Assembly (NCBI GenBank): GCA_964597925.1
Contig: CAZQZT010000002.1
Location: 103,038-167,037, forward strand
Length of the DNA: 64,000 nt
DNA from: an uncultured Candidatus Saccharibacteria bacterium
GTDB lineage: Bacteria > Patescibacteriota > Saccharimonadia > Saccharimonadales > JBBQAJ01
Direction: 5' to 3'
Shown here: positions 61,326-64,000 of the stretch, in pieces
Position numbering within the stretch: the stretch's first letter is position 1
Layout of the letters: the number at the start of each line of letters is the position of its first letter
Program-made: the position numbers and the translations under genes
Notes under the pieces: generated by a model
What the model was told of the DNA's origin: nothing
The model's database searches: none
What the model saw: the letters and a program-made list of their open reading frames with translations, nothing else

Positions 61326-61666
61326 TGCGCGTTAAACGCGGCGTTGCTAGTCACGCCAAACACAAGAAAATCCGCTTAGCCACTCGTGGCATGACCAAAA
61401 GTAATCGTAGCTCTATAAAGCGTGGCAAGCAAGCCCTAACTAAGGCTATGGAAAACGCCACTCGCGACCGTAAAGAGCGCAAGCGAACGTTTCGCCAGCT
61501 TTGGAACGCCCGCATAAATGCAGCGGCTCGTATAAATGGCACCACTTATTCCAAACTAATCGCTGGTCTCAAAAAAGCCAACGTCACCCTTGATCGCAAA
61601 GTCTTGGCAGAGCTAGCAGTAAACGAACCAAAAGCTTTTGAAGCAGTAGTAAAAACCGCTAAATAG
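61325..61666 (+). CDS. rplT: 50S ribosomal protein L20
   Basis: MRVKRGVASHAKHKKIRLATRG...FRQLWNARINAAAR. TAATG overlap with rpmI. Confidence 0.94.
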   Translation: MRVKRGVASHAKHKKIRLATRGMTKSNRSSIKRGKQALTKAMENATRDRKERKRTFRQLWNARINAAARINGTTYSKLIAGLKKANVTLDRKVLAELAVNEPKAFEAVVKTAK

Positions 61667-61697
61667 AGCTACTCAGTTTGTTGCGGTATAATAAATG

Positions 61698-62042
61698 AGT
61701 CAGATTATCGGCTAATCGCGGTCCGCTTCGGCGGAGCGAGGAAAGTCCGGGCAGCGCAAGGAAAGGTAGTTGTTAACGGCAACCAAGGGCAACCTTAGGG
61801 AAAGTGCCACAGAAACTATACCGCCCTAGTCTTTAAAAACTGGAGTAAGGGTGAAATGAGTGGGGTAAGAGCCCACAGTTCTGTGCGGTGACGCATGGAA
61901 GTGGTAAACCCTACCTGCTGCAAGGAGGTGTCTCGTATAGGTTTCCCGCCTGAGGCATCGACATCCGCTCGAACCATGGAGCAATCCACGGTCTAGATAG
62001 ATGATTAGCTAGAACAGAACCCGGCTTACGGATAATCTGACA
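61698..62042 (+). ncRNA. rnpB: RNase P RNA (bacterial type A)
   Basis: P1 stem GUCAGAUUAUC (61699-61709) pairs with GAUAAUCUGAC (62031-62041). Conserved GAGGAAAGUCCGGGC, AGGGUGAAA..GGUAAGAGC, ACAGAACCCGGCUUA. TATAAT at 61687-61692. Confidence 0.92.
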
Positions 62043-62044
62043 CT

Positions 62045-62072
62045 AAAACACCGCAGTTACTGCGGTGTTTTT
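62045..62072. terminator. bidirectional intrinsic terminator shared by rnpB and the convergent gene
   Basis: AAAACACCGCAG-UUA-CUGCGGUGUUUUU. The A-run on the left gives a U-run for minus-strand transcripts. It overlaps the stop codon at 62071-62073. Confidence 0.8.
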
Positions 62073-62739
62073 ACTTTGTGTTGGCATCCAAACATTTATT
62101 CACTTCCCCATCCGCAAGCTTGTTCAACTCTCTGGGTACATGCGTAAAGCTTACTGACTTAAACTGTGTTACTAGATCTTTTATTGCTTTATGGATCGGC
62201 CACAAATCTCTGTTTTTTATCTTAAAAATACCCTTCATCTGATTAACCACCAGCAAACTGTCCAGATACACATCTACTTCCCGTGCGCCACCTTTCTGTG
62301 CCGCTTCCAACCCAAATTTCACTCCCTGATATTCTGCCTGATTATTGGTAGTAATTCCAAGATACACACCCTTTTCAATCAGCACATTGTCATCCATATC
62401 CATAAGTACAAATCCAGAGGCTGAAGGACCGGGATTCCCGCGCGACCCGCCATCTGCAAACATTTTTATCTCTTTTGGAAATCTTGAACCCGAAGCTTCT
62501 TCTGATGTCTGAAATAAAGCATCCACCCGATCCGCAAATACTTTGTCTTTATCAGTAACAACATCTCCCGCATCATGAGTACTGAGCCACAAATCGACAG
62601 TATTATATGTGTTCTGAATGGTAGGATGATGATTTAGTTCGTTGGCTATATCAGCAACTGTGTTTATAAAATCCAGCGCTTCTTTGAAGTCCTTGAACTC
62701 GAATTTTTTATATAGTTTATTATTTTCTTCTTGCCACAC
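62071..62739 (-). CDS. fusion protein: pterin-4a-carbinolamine dehydratase (PCD/DCoH)-like domain + RNase H (type 1) domain
   Basis: N-terminal FEFKDFKEALDFINTVADIANELNHHPTIQNTYNTVDLWLSTHD (PCD signature). C-terminal FADGGSRGNPGPSASG...NNQAEYQG...VYLDSLLVVNQ...NKLADGEV (RNase H D-E-D-D). Confidence 0.8.
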   Translation of the reverse strand: MWQEENNKLYKKFEFKDFKEALDFINTVADIANELNHHPTIQNTYNTVDLWLSTHDAGDVVTDKDKVFADRVDALFQTSEEASGSRFPKEIKMFADGGSRGNPGPSASGFVLMDMDDNVLIEKGVYLGITTNNQAEYQGVKFGLEAAQKGGAREVDVYLDSLLVVNQMKGIFKIKNRDLWPIHKAIKDLVTQFKSVSFTHVPRELNKLADGEVNKCLDANTK

Positions 62740-62767
62740 AACTACATCTTAACAGATAATATCCGCC

Positions 62768-63817
62768 ATGCGCGTCTCAGATTTTAATTACGAACTCCCC
62801 GAAAACCTCATCGCCCAGCACCCACCCAAACAGCGTGGCGCCAGTCGATTGTTAGTACTAGATAAACAAACTGGAGAAGTTACTCATATAAAATATCCAG
62901 ACTTTGTAGACCATGTTAACCCAGGTGATGTAGTCGTCCTAAACGACACCAAAGTCATAAAAGCTCGTCTCATAGCCAAAAACGCCAAAGACCAAACCAG
63001 AGAATTACTGCTCCTAGAAGACCACCACAATACAGACTTTACTCACCGAAGGGCCCTGTACAGAGGCAAACTATCAGATGGAGAGACATTAGATGTCAAG
63101 GGTACTACTGTCAAAATAGAATCTGTTTTAGGTGGTGGTATTGCAGAAATTAGCAGCCTGCAAAACCTATTGGACTTAGCCGAACACCAGGGTACGGTTC
63201 CGCTTCCACCTTATATGAAACGAGATGCCACCGTCGAGGACGTAGAACGCTACCAAACTGTCTTTGCCAGAGACCCTGGTTCAGTAGCTGCTCCCACTGC
63301 CTCACTAAACTTCACACACGAACTAGAAGCTAAACTCAAGGCCAAGGGCGCAAAACTGGTATATCTAACACTACACGTAGGCCTGGGAACATTCCTCCCC
63401 ATTCGCAGTGATGAAGTAAAGAGCCACAAAATGCATAGTGAATACTTCGAAATCCCACCCCAAACAGTCCAAGCCATCCAGCTAGCCAAAGCCTCCAAAA
63501 ACAAAGTCTTCGCCATAGGCACCACAGTAGCCCGCACCCTAGAATATGCCAATTCACAATTCCCCTCTCTTGAAGAGGATTATCCCCTTACGGGGAAGAA
63601 AAATGTGATTTCGGGCGAAGCGGATATTTTTATTTATCCGGGGTATGAATTTAGGGTTGTCGATGCCCTGCTTACTAACTTTCATGCACCCAAGTCCACC
63701 GTACTGATGCTCGCTGCCGCTTTCGCCGGCTGGGAAAACTTGGAACATGCTTACCATAAAGCAATTAAAGAAAATTACACCCTATTAAGCTATGGCGACT
63801 CTATGCTGATTATCTAG
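62768..63817 (+). CDS. queA: S-adenosylmethionine:tRNA ribosyltransferase-isomerase
   Basis: MRVSDFNYELPENLIAQHPPKQRGASRLLVL...GTVPLPPYM...AAPTASLNFT...LTLHVGLGTF...AIGTTVARTLE. Confidence 0.93.
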   Translation: MRVSDFNYELPENLIAQHPPKQRGASRLLVLDKQTGEVTHIKYPDFVDHVNPGDVVVLNDTKVIKARLIAKNAKDQTRELLLLEDHHNTDFTHRRALYRGKLSDGETLDVKGTTVKIESVLGGGIAEISSLQNLLDLAEHQGTVPLPPYMKRDATVEDVERYQTVFARDPGSVAAPTASLNFTHELEAKLKAKGAKLVYLTLHVGLGTFLPIRSDEVKSHKMHSEYFEIPPQTVQAIQLAKASKNKVFAIGTTVARTLEYANSQFPSLEEDYPLTGKKNVISGEADIFIYPGYEFRVVDALLTNFHAPKSTVLMLAAAFAGWENLEHAYHKAIKENYTLLSYGDSMLII

Positions 63818-63966
63818 TTTAAGCTAGAATACAGGTTGTTTTATGCCAGTTCACCAAACCAAGCAGCTTTCCTGCTGTTTGGAGGACTGAGAGGAAGAAA
63901 CGACTAGAAGTTGGGGTAAGGGAAAATCCTTTTGACCTTACGAAATCTGATTGTCGGTTCTGACGA

Positions 63967-64000
63967 CGGGGTGTGGCGCAGTTGGTAGCGCGTACGGCTG
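63967..64000 (+). tRNA. 5' part of a tRNA (truncated by the window end; possibly tRNA-Pro, anticodon starting with G)
   Basis: CGGGGTG-TG-GCGC-AGTTGGTA-GCGC-G-TACGG-CTG... gives an acceptor arm, a D-arm and the start of the anticodon arm. Confidence 0.6.

Overview
This window looks like a core chromosomal segment of a Candidatus Saccharibacteria (TM7; Patescibacteria/CPR) genome. The 16S gene contains an exact match to the sequence I recall as the TM7905 probe (ccgtcaattcctttatgtttta, 46571-46592) and carries U at E. coli position 912. It uses the standard genetic code, is densely packed, and most genes lie on the minus strand. Housekeeping content: prfA-prmC; an LCP / membrane protein / HtrA envelope operon; lepB; parAB; rplU; ileS with a T-box leader; nrdR-nrdJ; ftsA-ftsZ; map-adk-yqeY-rpsU; priA-def-fmt; rpsA-infB; gyrB-gyrA; infC-rpmI-rplT; RNase P RNA; queA. 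There is a single rRNA locus on the minus strand, and it is atypical. The order is 16S, tRNA-Ile, tRNA-Ala, an intrinsic terminator, a secreted S8 subtilase gene with a perfect consensus promoter, then 23S-5S with its own candidate promoter. The 16S and 23S genes also carry several AT-rich helix expansions with no ORF inside. The parts most worth a second look are: (1) a 2,241-aa membrane-anchored fibrous surface protein (9127-15852) with jelly-roll/CBM-like modules, tail-fibre-like motifs and repeated Cys-pair modules, flanked by two other extracytoplasmic proteins; (2) an envelope locus (53040-58900) that pairs an LPXTG-type poly-proline surface protein and a His-rich membrane protein with a convergent operon encoding a TraD/VirD4-like (T4CP/HerA-superfamily) membrane ATPase; (3) a 1.65-kb AT-rich, ORF-poor stretch (58901-60557) containing a structured leader and a promoter-to-terminator mini transcription unit; (4) a PCD/DCoH-RNase H fusion protein; and (5) a cysteine-less thioredoxin-fold protein next to the class II RNR. 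I found no CRISPR array, transposase, integrase or recognisable defence system. All calls come from reading the sequence and the ORF track by eye. RNA ends are approximate (about +/-10 nt), and homology statements are motif recollections, not search results.
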